This document shows, piece by piece, positions 37,643-50,500 of a stretch of DNA of 64,000 nt; the first letter of the stretch is position 1; the number at the start of each line of letters is the position of its first letter. This stretch comes from Owenia fusiformis (Eukaryota): positions 49,538,001 to 49,602,000 of the forward strand of contig CAIIXF020000001.1 of assembly GCA_903813345.2 (NCBI GenBank). The letters are read 5' to 3'. The notes under the pieces are model-generated. The model was not told where the DNA came from, searched no databases, and saw only the letters and a program-made list of their open reading frames with translations. The translations under genes and the position numbers were made by a program.

Positions 37643-38449
37643 CAGGGTCTGACCTTAACTTTTTTTACCAGTAGCAAGGATTTGCTACCTTCTACCAAAA
37701 CAAGGAGCAAATTCCCATATTCAGCAACAAAAATGCTCCAAGAAAATATTATCAGGTAGCAAATTCAAAGTGCTCCTCAAATTAAGGAATGTGCATGTTT
37801 AAATAAAGAACTGTGCTATAGACTGATATGTTAAACTAAATTTTCTAATTTAATCAAGCTGTACATTAGACTAATATCTGTAATCATGTCTTATAACGAA
37901 TCCCGGTTATTTCTCGCCTTTTTGCACTGAACGAAACAACCATTTTTTTACGTTCAAGAGTCGTCTGAGAACAATTTGTGGCTTTCAGACCAAAATCCGC
38001 ATGTTTTCATTGAAAATAGGAGAATGAATCATCTAATCCTAATAAAGGTAGTATAATCAATTAGGGGGGAAACAAATTATAGCGTATTCATCGATGAATA
38101 TGTTATATTTACAATTATAGTATTTCGTGCAGGCGACATTTTTTGGCAAGAAATTTTGTTTCGCTAAAGCGAGTAAAGTCCAATCAGTGATGTTGTCTTA
38201 TTTTGTTTCATTTTGGGATCCGTATCAACCAATCAGCGTTGAGGTTGTTTATCGCTATCGGAAATACGATGAAAAAATATTGGGAGTGGGAAGTTCCATT
38301 TATTCTATGCGATAGAAGGGTTGAAATACATGAGATTCATTGCGTAAATTTGAGGTAGCAAGCATTTGCTCCCGGCCACAAAGTTTTTGGAACAAAATGT
38401 GAAATCAGGTAGCAAATTTGCTCCTTGCTACCGCTAAGATCGAACCCTG
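37643..38449. mobile_element. Non-autonomous hAT-like element with 6-bp TSD
   Basis: Ends CAGGGTCTGACCTTA...TAAGATCGAACCCTG, flanked by TGATTA on both sides, with subterminal GGTAGCAA/TTGCTACC motifs. Confidence 0.7.
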
Positions 38450-39423
38450 TGATTATTACACCACCATCACAAATTGCGCAAAATTTCTCAAAGACTCATA
38501 GATAGGCCACTCACCATAGTATTCTATGCAGAAAACCTGCAGAAATTTGGTTTTATAAATTTTTACAGAATATGATTTTTGGACACAAAATTTTATAGGC
38601 TCTTGGAACATGTATAAAAAATTGAGTTGAGTTTAGACTACATCTCTTCTCAGGGAACTCGACTCGTTTTCTTTATATCCTATGCAAAATTTTACTTTTA
38701 ACCATCCAAAATTTGGTGCAGAATTTGGGATTTCATGAAGAGTCCAGAATTTGTGCAGAATTTGCATTTTCTCATGGGGAAAACCAGAATATGTGATACT
38801 GATACAGGCCTGTCAACTTGGGACACCTAAAATGAGTGACTTGCAAATGTTGAACACCTTCCTTCAAATTATGAACACCTTGGTCCAAATTTTGATTTCT
38901 TTGGTTCATATTATATTTCATCCATCCAAATTTTAGATACCTCAAATTTTTTGCACTCGGGGAGGGGGCAGGAACAAAAAATACTAAGCAAATGCTACGC
39001 GATTCACGAGAAAATTCCGAACTCTACAGGTTCAATTTTCTCGGCGTTCATTTTGACAAATTTCAAATTTATTAGCATTGTATTTCAATCCCCATCAGGG
39101 GTCATATACAAAGCATACAACTAACTACAAACTACGTAAGTACAAAAATGAAATATAAATGTGTAATGCCCACGGATGGTGGGAAGTCCTCCATATATTA
39201 CTTAGATAGATGGAGGACCCCCCACCATCCGTAGTAATGCCACTACTATATGTGAATAAATACATACTAGTATATATATGTGGCTAGTAGACACAACATG
39301 ACAAAGAATATAGATGGTCATAGTCTAAATATTACTAGCTTTAGTACAGTAGATTATACTAAGTAGAGTCCGTTAAGACTACCAAGGGTCATGACATATT
39401 ATTGATAAACTGGCTTTGTTTAA

Positions 39424-39826
39424 GGTACAGCTGGAAAGTAACATTTTGGTAAAAAATTGCTATACCAGCACATGTTATGTTCTGGTACAAAATAAAGTTT
39501 GAAGACATGTGTCAATTGCCTTGCTTTTTTCAGGAAAGTATCATTACATTGTCTTCTTTAAGAATATCTAGTTGGAGTTCAATGGAACTCCAGGAAACTC
39601 TGATATTTCACACTTTTTATTTTTCCAAATTTTCTTTCAAAGTTTTCAGACAACACAGGAGCTACCATTGGCCTGTTTCCAGGTTTACTAAAAGTAGACA
39701 GTGTAATGATACTTTCCTGAAAAAAGCAAGGAAATACGCACATGCCTTCATACTTAATTTTGTACCAGAAAATAACATGTGCAGGTATAGCAATTTTTTA
39801 CCAAAATGTTACTTTCCAGCTGAACC
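39424..39826. mobile_element. TTAA-flanked foldback MITE (Kolobok- or piggyBac-like)
   Basis: TTAA|GGTACAGCTGGAAAGTAACATTTTGGTAAAAAATTGCTATACC with a near-perfect reverse complement ending GCTGAACC|TTAA. Confidence 0.8.
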
Positions 39827-39830
39827 TTAA

Positions 39831-40560
39831 GGTAACTTATAACTAAATCAAAAAATCCAAGATGGCCGAAACCAGGAAGCACATGGCATGTGAGTATAAT
39901 CTGACCATCAAAATTAACTGTCTTTTGGTTGGATTTTCTGTCAATTTTTTAGTTCCACTTATCATTTATATAACCAGGCTCACTGTGGTAATGCAAATAG
40001 AAACAGTAAACATTTTGGAATGGGAATTTGAGTCCTCTGAAAATGTGACAGAAAAATTGACAAAAAGAGTAGCACGGCAAAGGTCCCTGAACATTTTTTT
40101 TTCTAATTTCTCTGAAACATCCCTTTAATATTGCCCAAAATGGAAGGAGCTTTAGAATTTTGAAATCTCTCATACAAATTAAAAAAAATAGAAAAAAAAC
40201 AATTTGAGAAGTGTACTTTTTTCCTTATTTTGATCCCAATTTTTTTATCGGGTAATTTTTCAAATTTCCGTTGCTCCTTCGTTTTTTGATATATGTTTGA
40301 AGTATATTTTCTGAAATGTTCAGATATTTTGAATCAGCGGTTTTTCACGGGCTACTCCTAGAAAAAAATCTTCTCAAATTCTTTAAACGGCACTTTTTTC
40401 TCAAACTAAAGTTTTGTTGTTGTTCTTTGATGTCTTTGTAATGATTACAGTGCACAAGCATATGTGAAATAATAAAAACGACTTCTCAGGAAGAGTTTGA
40501 AAATTTCAAGATAGTGAAATTTTCAATTTTTTCTGAAAATGGATTAAGTTAACAGTCACC
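39831..40560. mobile_element. Second TTAA-flanked element directly adjoining the first
   Basis: TTAA|GGTAACTTATAACT...AAGTTAACAGTCACC|TTAA; the TIR is imperfect. Confidence 0.5.
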
Positions 40561-40736
40561 TTAAGTTACATCGCATGATGAAATAAATTTTGCGACCAGG
40601 TTTATCTCGGTACCTTCACAAGTCATACAATAAAGGAAGAAATTAACATTGATATCATTGAAATTAAATTGTCATTCGTTTTATAGATGTCCTTCTACGG
40701 GAATATTTTTTGCAGACATATTCTGTCACGCACATA

Positions 40737-40973
40737 CAGTTGGGGACATAAATAAATGACAGGTGGATTTGCTGAAGTGAGGATTTCCCATGTTAAAAAT
40801 AAGAGAATTTACAAGAGGCCATAAATCAGTGGATGAGATTATACAAAATGTAAAATATACAAATTTTAAGGGATATGTATCTAGACAATATTGGAAATTA
40901 TGGGCTTTCAGACCACCATAATTAGGAAATGGTGATCGAAAATCGACCTGTCATTTATTTTTGTCCCCAACTG
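40737..40973. mobile_element. Tc1/mariner-type MITE
   Basis: TA|CAGTTGGGGACATAAATAAATGACAGGT...ACCTGTCATTTATTTTTGTCCCCAACTG|TA. Confidence 0.8.
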
Positions 40974-41297
40974 TAAACTGGCTTGACTTCAATTTTTTCA
41001 GCAAATGCGTGACAAATATGCAAATTGCGGGACAAGTGCCTGCTGATACTGTCTCTGTGATAGGCCTAGCTTTACAAATTAAGTTACAGGATTCATTTCA
41101 GAACTTGAGAACCAAGAAGGTGAGGTGAGCAAACACACTGTTTCTTACATTATGCTCTGGTGTAGCTCTAAATATAGACCAAAATGCAGGACTTGCAATA
41201 ATGCACAGGTCAAAGTGACACCTACTTATAGGGATATCAAGTAAAAAAAATACAAAATTTAGAACTAACCTAAAAACAAAGCGTGCACAGCTTTCGA

Positions 41298-41305
41298 TGA
41301 CGTCA
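41298..41305. promoter_or_regulatory. Palindromic CRE (TGACGTCA) about 280 bp upstream of the PPWD1 ATG, in the divergent HP1BP3/PPWD1 interval
   Basis: Exact 8-mer in a locally CpG-containing stretch; function untested. Confidence 0.35.
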
Positions 41306-41584
41306 CTAGAGTTGAGCACCGGCCTTTAAACTTGGTTGAATTTGTTTAACAAGTTGTATTGTACCTAGATTTCAAAGTGAGCTTTGTGGCTGACGTCTGG
41401 TAGTAATTTTAACATATTTATCACAATTAAGATTATGACACATTGATTAGGGTTCTAAGATATGAGTTTGGAATTCAGGAAATGATGTTTTTCAAATTGT
41501 AACCAGTTCATTACATTCACTCAACTTCTTAACTCTTCAAAAATCAGAATAGGAGGCGAGAAATTAAAACGTGAAAACACAAAA

Positions 41585-44500
41585 ATGTCGAAAAGACCAA
41601 ATACAGATGAAAATAGCGGTGATGACGATGAATGTATAGGTCCAATGCCATCAGAAGCAGCAAAGCCAAAGAAAAAGAAAGGTAAGACAATCAAGAAAAC
41701 TTTGTCATAGCGATTTACAGATAGATTGAGTTTAGGCTAAAATTTCAGTTTCAGAATCAATTTCGAATTTTCAATTTGTCTACAAATTCAGTGGAAAAAC
41801 TGAGTGAAACTTGATCTACTATAAGCTATATTCTATGAAGGCCCCACGAAGTTCCGTAAGATGTGCCTTTATGAGCTTATATGGCAAATCAGCAACCACT
41901 AGATCTAGAGTCCATTTCACTGCTTCATTTCGTCAGTAGAACGGCAAAAATAAGAAATTGGAAGACCATTGTGCAATAATATATGGAAAAGTATATTCAT
42001 AATGTACATGAATGACATTTGTATATCTTGGATTGCTTCTAGAGTCCATTTCACTGCTTCATTTCGTCAGTAGAACGGCTAAAATAAGAAATTGGGAGAC
42101 CATTGTGCAATAATATATGGAAAAGTATATTCATAATGTACATGAATGACATTTGTATATTTCAGATTTTTTAGTTTTTTATGCAATAAGCCTGTCCGTC
42201 TTGTAATTTGAAGAATTTCAGCCATGTTAATCTTATTGAAAATAACATGGCAGAGAAACATCCAAATAGAAGAGGCCACACACTTTATAAGCCAAACTAG
42301 AAGCAATCCAAGATATACAAATGTCATTCATGTACATTATGAATATACTTTTCCATATATTATTGCACAATGGTCTCCCAATTTCTTATTTTTGCCGTTC
42401 TACTGACGAAATGAAGCAGTGAAATGGACTCTAGTTTGGCTTATAAAGTGTGTGGCCTCTTATATTTCAACGCTTGTGGGGGTGGAGTTACTAAACTGTA
42501 ATATAATATATACTAGGTAGAGGGTAGTCTAAATGTGGGTAAATTGTACTGTTTTTATGATTTCAGTGTTGGAATATGAAAAAGTTTACTTAGATAATTT
42601 ACCAAATGCTGAGTCTTATGAGAAGTCATATATGCATAGAGATACCATCACCCATGTAGCTGTCACTAAGTAAGACTTCAAATATAATAAATGTGTATAT
42701 AGTTTGAAAACTACGTAATATTTATGGAATGAATTCTTTATTTTTTAATCATTTCAATTTTAGTGACGCTGTATGGAATAAAAATCTAGGTCAGTTTTGA
42801 CCGTTAAGTATAACATTTATTGAAGGATTACAGGTTCATTCTCATATTACATTTATTACAGTATGAGCTCCACCACTGTATGTATTGTCTTGTTAATTGT
42901 AATCCAAGACATTAAAAAATAATAACACAATAATGTGGTTAAACTATGAAATAAAAACTTCTCATATTTTGTAGGTTATTTTAATTGCTTGCTTTATATA
43001 GTTTTTATGTCCCCACCACATAGTGTGGGGCCATATTGTCGGCCTAGGCGCGTCCATCTGTCTGTCCGTCCGTACGTCCGTCCGTCTGTCCGTCCGTCCA
43101 TACGTCCGGGAGTTTTCTCCAAAACCGCTACAGATATCACCTTCAAATTTTCAGGGATAACTTATGAGTGCATACAGATGTGGATGAAAATTTTTTAACT
43201 CGATACCTACTTCCTGTCGGCCATTTTGAAGTCAAATGCTAAAATCCTTGTCTGCAAACTTTAAGAAAAACGGCTTCACAGTTGCTTTTAAAACTTTAAA
43301 ATCTTGTTCAGCTCACTTCATTCTAGATCTGATTAGGTTTTGGACCTGTTAGCTCAGTCATGTCAGCCATTTTGAATGTCTTAAGAAAAGTTAGCGCACG
43401 ATAATACTTTGTATCATATTGAATGGTGTTTTTGAGTTTTCATACTTTAACTATTTAGTAGCTTTATAAATAATTTCAGATGTACTTTGTTGTAAAAGCC
43501 TATGTTATTGTTAACAGTAGTTATATGTGATAATTTTGTAAGAAGTAATCAGCAAAAACACATAATCACTTTTTTATTGTCGGCCATTTTGGAGTTTTCC
43601 GTCCTAAAATCTTGTCTGTGAAGTCTTGTGTACGTGTTTTCAGGTGAACCGTTTGGTAGATCAATTTCAAATTTTCAGGGATGGTTCTTAGTATAAAAAT
43701 TTAGATCTGATTTGTTTTTTGGCATTCTGGATAAATGTCAAGGCAGCCATTTTGGATTTTCCGTCCTAAAATCTTGTCTGTAAAGTCTTGTCTACGCGTT
43801 TTCAGGTGAACTGTTTGGTAGATCAATTTCAAATTTTCAGAGATGATTCTTAGTATGAAAATGTAGAACTGATTAGTTTTTTGGCATTCTGGGTAAATGT
43901 CAAGGCAGCCATTTTGGATTTTCCGTCCTAAAATCTTGCCTGTAAAGTCTTGTCTACGCGTTTTTAGGTGAACCGTTTTTGGTAGATCAATTTCAAATTT
44001 TCATGGATGATTCTTAGTGTGAAAATCTACATCTGATTAGTTTTTTGGCATTCTGTGTAAATGTCATGGCAGCCATTTTGGATTTTTCCGTCCTAAAATC
44101 TTGTCTGTGAAGTCTTGTCTACGCGTTTTCAGGTGAACCATTTGGTAGATCAATGTCATATTTTCAGGGATGATTCTTAGAATTTTTAGTATGAAAATCT
44201 AGGAACAGATTAGTTTTTTGACATTCTGGGTAAATGTCAAGGCAGCCATTTTGGATTTTCCATCCTAAAATCTTGTCTGTAAAGTCTTGTTTACATGTTT
44301 TCTAGTTAACTGTGTGACGGATCAATTAAAAATTTTCAGGGGTGGTTCTTAGTTTGAAAATCTAGAACTGACTAAATTTTTGGCATTCTGGGTAAATTTT
44401 AAGGTGGCCATTTTGGATTTTCCGTCCTCAAATTGTGTTGGTAAAGTCTTGTCTACTCATTTTCAGGATAACCATTTGATGGGATCACCCATTGGTGGGG

Positions 44501-47500
44501 ACATTTTATACACATTTGTGTTCTTGTTATTTCTTCTATTCCAGAACTGACTTTATAATCACTGCAAGTTGTGATGGTCATTTGAAGTTCTGGAAGAAGC
44601 AAGAATCGGGAGGGATTGAATTTGTGAAACACTTCAGAAGCCATTTAGGTGAGCATTATCATATAAAAGTGCAGAAACAAGTGAAGGAGAAATGACCTTG
44701 GTTCTGCTAAAAAGCGTCCCAGTTTGGAGGTGTACTGCCTTTAAAAGTTCAATTAAAATTAAGTTAATGGATCACAGGACTTCTAATTGACAACTACAGC
44801 TATTTTAAGAATGTTTTTAATTTTAGCTGGAAATCAAATTCATGAACATCTTATTATACATACACTATGTCAAGGAATGGCTCCAAATATTCATAAACAA
44901 GTAATGTTCCTAACATTACACTATGTTTGTTACAGGTAACATAGTTGATATGGCAGTAAGCAGTAATGGTGAACACTGTTGCACAGTTTCAGATGATAAA
45001 ACAATGAAAATATTTGACATTGTCAACTTTGGTGAGTAACCAATTTAAACTTTATCCCTGGCATTGAACAATGTTGTATCAAAGTTGTTTACATTTTGAT
45101 GATGTCAAGTCAAGAGCTTTGACAAGATTAACATCACATCTTTCATGTTATACTCTACTTATCAATTAAAATGAATATAAATTTATTTGCGATATTAAAT
45201 TCTTTTATTTATACTTTAGTTCACAGTATCAATTTTTACATCGGTTGTAGTATTATTTTGTCTAGGCTCAAAGAACATTACATGTGTTAGCCAAGAAAGC
45301 AATATAAACTTTAATTACATGTTCTACTATTTATACATTTTCTCTTGACCTTCAACCATTGAACAACCTATAGTACTGTATGTCTTGCAGATATGATTAA
45401 TATGATAAAGCTGGGATATGTGCCTCTATGCTGTGGGTGGTTGTTTGCCCCTGGAGATGCGTGTACTGCAATAGCTGTGTAAGTAGAATCACTCACTAGC
45501 CTACTCACTACATTGTAATAATGGCTTAGAACAGAAGGTGTAGGATATCATAAAGGTCCCTTGGCACGTGAAGTTGTCAAACTTGCTTGGTTCAGTGAAT
45601 GGGTTATTATATGGACTTGTGAATGCTTTTTCACCACATTGACTTATGCTCCTTGGAGTTGCAGGAGTATGTTATCAAATTTAGCACATATCATATCAAC
45701 AGTGGCCAGTAGATGATTTTGGTTTTTCAGTAAAATATTCACATTCACATTCAATGCATTCTTGCATTTATTGATGTTCAGCATGAATGTTTTCCAGAAT
45801 CAATATTACTCTGAATTAATGTATTAAATCAGAGTGCCCTTAAAAAGTGAGAAATGCAGTTGAATTACCACATTCATTTGAAATAAAAATTGAAGAATGT
45901 GCATATTATGCAATTAGTTTAACTTATTGAATTATTTTAGGTCTGAAAAAGACAGCAGTAAGATTCATGTGTATGACTCTATTGGGGCTCATGAACCTTT
46001 ACAAACATTGGACAAGCTGCATTTTAAACCTGTCACACTCATAAAGGTGAGTGACATTATGTTTTTGAATGGTAACATTGATGTATGATACAAATAGTGA
46101 ACAGATTTTTGAAGTTCTATGCGTTTGAGATTGAAGTAAAAATATTGTAAAATTGTGACTCAAAGAAAGTTACTCTGAACTTGTCTCTAGACATTGTCGC
46201 CCCTTTAACAAAGGTAGGTCTATTGACCTATACAGTATGTGGCTCAATTCATTCAAACATGCTCTGATGCTCTAATTGAATTTCTCAACCAATCAGAATG
46301 CAACATAGCCAATGTAGAACATTCTCTAATTACTCAGATGCGAGTAGGTAGTTACCAGTTTCGCCACCAGGTGGCTGATTCGGGGGAATTAACATGGCAG
46401 GGTATTACAAAATTCCCCTAAACTTGAATATGCATCAGTTTTAGTGGTTCACTTTTCAAAATACCCTTATGTATCTGATAGTTATACAAATTAAAATATG
46501 TCCGATAAAGGAAAATATTTTCTGCCCAACACAAGAAAAGATATTTCACTTTTTGTGGTTTTACAACATGGAGTCTATGGGGAATCTTCCCGACCTAGAA
46601 GTCACATTTTCAAAGAAAATTAAATTTTCAAAGTTGATGAACTCTTTTCAATACCACATTTCTAAATGTAATTTTACATGTAGATTCCAAATATGACATC
46701 ATTTTGACTGAATTATGAATTTTTAATGATGTAAATCAAGATTATTTCTACTCGCATCTGGTATATTCTCCATAGATGCAAAACTGTGCTCTATTCAAAC
46801 ATCCTGGTATCTATTTATTGTGCAAATGCACTGACCTCCAGTTCGTGCTTTGTACGACATTCTATCCAACTTGTGCTGAATTTCACCATATTGAATGGCC
46901 TATAATTATTTATTCCTTAATTATAAAGGGATGGTTTGATTTCGTTGATATCATATTAATATGTATCGTGGATAATGATTCCTGAATGATAGAGGGAGGA
47001 GGTGTGGGACTGTTTGGAAGTGAGATCAATTTTTGTGATGTTGGGGCTTTGCTTGCTTATAACTGGTTGTTCTGAGAAGGTGTTTTAGCTCACATAATAT
47101 ATGAAAGTGTATTGTATGTGATTTTCCTATCGAATCAGACTTGAAGAAATGTTTTGTAAATTAGTTGTATCATCTATTTTGAATGTCTGGAGGAAGATTG
47201 CAACGTGACTCTTAACAGAATCTAAATGTTCATATTTATTTTGGGGAGTTTCTTTCTAATTATGTGATTTCCCTTATAGTACAACCCGGTGTATGAAGTT
47301 GCTGTGTCAGCTGACCAGGGTGGAATGGTGGAATACTGGACAGGCCCCAAAACAGATTATAAATTCCCCAAAACTGTAGCCTGGGAATATAAGACAGACA
47401 CTGACCTCTATGAGTTTGCTAAGGTAAGAGGTTATTTGATATGCATGCTCCTGATGTCTCCAAGCATTTCATTCTTTGTTTATCTGCAGACATTTTATTC

Positions 47501-50500
47501 AGTTTTGCCAGGGTTCCCATGTATTTTAACATATTGCAAGCAAGCAAAATAATCCAGCTAAACAGGCAGCAGATCTGAGTACATGGTTTGAACTCTATAG
47601 CAGTAATTGGAAACACTGTAAAATAACACTTGTGCAGTCACAAAAAAATGTTTTTCTTGCAAGATTAATGTAACAAATAGTTAATTCAGAACTTTCTGAG
47701 TTTTGAATAACTTTAAATTATATATATATTGAGGCTTGACACATTTTTTCAGAACAACACAGTCCCTATCAGCCTTGCATTCTCGCCAAATGGTAAGCTA
47801 CTGGCTACATTAGCGAAAGACAGAAAGGTGCGCATATTCAAGTTCCTGACAGGAAAGCTGACAAAAATCCTTGACGAATCATTATCTCAGTTCACTCATT
47901 TACAGCAGGTAAGCCTCATGATGTAATCTCCAACAAAGAAATTGTGACATATTTTTGTAGCCACTAGTACTGTTTTTGTAACTGGAATTTTACAGTTGGT
48001 ATTAAGGATTGGTGTCTCTAACAATTGTAAATGCAGGCAAATGGTAACAATGCTCCTTTGTGTATGCCTTATTTCAACTTGTTGATATCAGTACAGTACA
48101 TGTAATATAAAATCATTATGACAATAAGATCAGTATTACTACAAGATCAGTATTGCCATAAGGTGCATATTACCATAAGTTCAGTGTAACTTTTAGTCAC
48201 GAAAAAATATTAAATGAATGATAAAAACATATTTTCAAACTTTTTATGGGGTCTTTAAATGAAAATAACGTGCATGTATGTGATCAAATTGAAAATGCTA
48301 TCACCCATCCTTTTTAGTATAATGCCATAAAATGCAATATGTTTACAGATGAAGCAACAGCTTCCAAACATGGAGTTTGGTAGAAGAATGGCTGTAGAGA
48401 GAGACCTGGAGAAAGCAGAGGCATTTTCATTGGTCAACATTATATTTGACCCGAGTGGTAATTTTGTCATCTATGCGACAATGCTGGGCATAAAGGGTAT
48501 GTAATGGTGCTTTGGTGAGGTCCTCATTGATGCTTATTCCAAGTGTCATATTTCAATTAGTTTTTTGTTTTATTTCAAAAGTTTGGATATGGTGTGGAAG
48601 ATACCTTTTGGGGATATCAATTTAACTGGCAATTACAAAATGAATTCCCTTAAATGACAAAATAATGTTATCCCCTCTCCATCACCACACAAGTTTGCAT
48701 AGATAGAACCTTCAAAGTAAAAAGATAGCTAGCCTTTCAACAGGCCACCCAGTTATTGGAATCGCACAAAAAATCACAAGATATGAGATGCCAAATTAAG
48801 CACATGTAAAAACTAATCATGTCTGTTTTGTTTCAGTTATAAACTTGACCACTAACAGATGTGTAAGATTCATAGGTAAACCAGAGAATGTCCGCTTCCT
48901 CTATCTTGCTCTCTGTGAGGGCTCATCCAAGAAATCATCAGCAGCAGTTACCATGGAGATGGAGGCATCAGATAATCCTAATCTCACCAATACACCTAGT
49001 GATCCAACAATATTCTGTACAGCCTTCAAGAAAAATCGATTTTATTTGTTTTCTCGGAGGGAACCCATAGATACTAAAAGGTGAAATATTTTGAAGATTA
49101 ATTTGAAAGAAAATACATCCCAACAGAACTTTTCGTGGATGCATTTTGAATATTGTTAAGGATTAGTATGTGTTTGGATTTTCGGACTTGGGTTTTTCAA
49201 GAGGGAAATGTCTGACTCTCCCTGAGGTACAAAGTTACTTAATGGAAACATAGATATATCCTGTGAGATTGACTCTATATTGAAATGTGACTGTATATAT
49301 TTGCTATTAAGGGAACACCTTCAGTTTTACTTTTAAAAATACTTGAAATATTGTCATCTTGATGTGGCTCACTTTTCTCGTCTGCACATTTTCAAACGAA
49401 CAGCTAAATGGAATGATTTGAAATGTTAAAGGTTTCTGAACTGATAAGTGTTTAGACATGCTGGATAAATTTTAAGGTGCCCATTTTTTATGTTTTGGTA
49501 CAATATTGTTCAATTTGTGCCTTGTTTTGAAGCATACAATTTCGATTGAAAGAATCAAGTAATTTCTTTGTCCATAACTGTAAAATTGGATTTTATCCAA
49601 AATCTGGCAAAAATATGCATTGTACTGTATCGCATTGTATTGTATTGTTTTATATTATATTGTATTGTATTGTGTTCCAGTGCTGATACAGAGAGAGATG
49701 TTTTCAATGAGAAACCCAGCAAAGAGGAACTTATCTCAGCTACACAGGTAGGATATTTACTGAAAATATAATACACTCGGCCACTTCTAGTCTTGAATAC
49801 ATGCTAAATAAAAAAGCCATTAACATCCTTTCAGGCTTTATCTTATTTCATATATTTTATCTTGATAAATTTAGACCCTATGTACTCTTTTTGGTGTCAG
49901 TTGCCTGTAAACATATAAGAATTGATAGTTCTATGTAAACTATTAAATGTATTGAGGCCGTTTCATTCACTGTGCTTTCACATTTTGTAATTGAAAATTG
50001 GACATTTTACAATGAAATACATGTCAATGTGAATGTTTGTTCAACCCACTTGTTACTTGTTCATTGCCAGATTGCTATGTTACATTATTATTCCAGGAGA
50101 GCTCCTACTCGCGGACTGCCAGTTCTGCTGTCTTACACACCAGTATGGGAGATATACATGTGAAACTATTTCACAAAGAGTAAGTACTGGTACTACTGTA
50201 CCTGCATAACTTCACTTAGGGACACATATACATAAATCTTGCACCAAGTACATCAGACACAATGTTAGAATTACAAGAAGAGACAGCAGTCGGTGTTCGA
50301 CATCTGTAACAAATGGCAGGTGGTGAAATTTTGTTAAAGCCTTGTTTCAATTGAAACCACACAGAAAATGTTAACTAAAAAATGACTTCTTAATAGACAG
50401 AACAATGCTTTATGTGTTGTCCGACTATGTTTATTATATGTTTGTCCCTACTTTTGTTTTCCCAATTTTTTTAAATATTATTTGGAGAACAAAATGTTTA

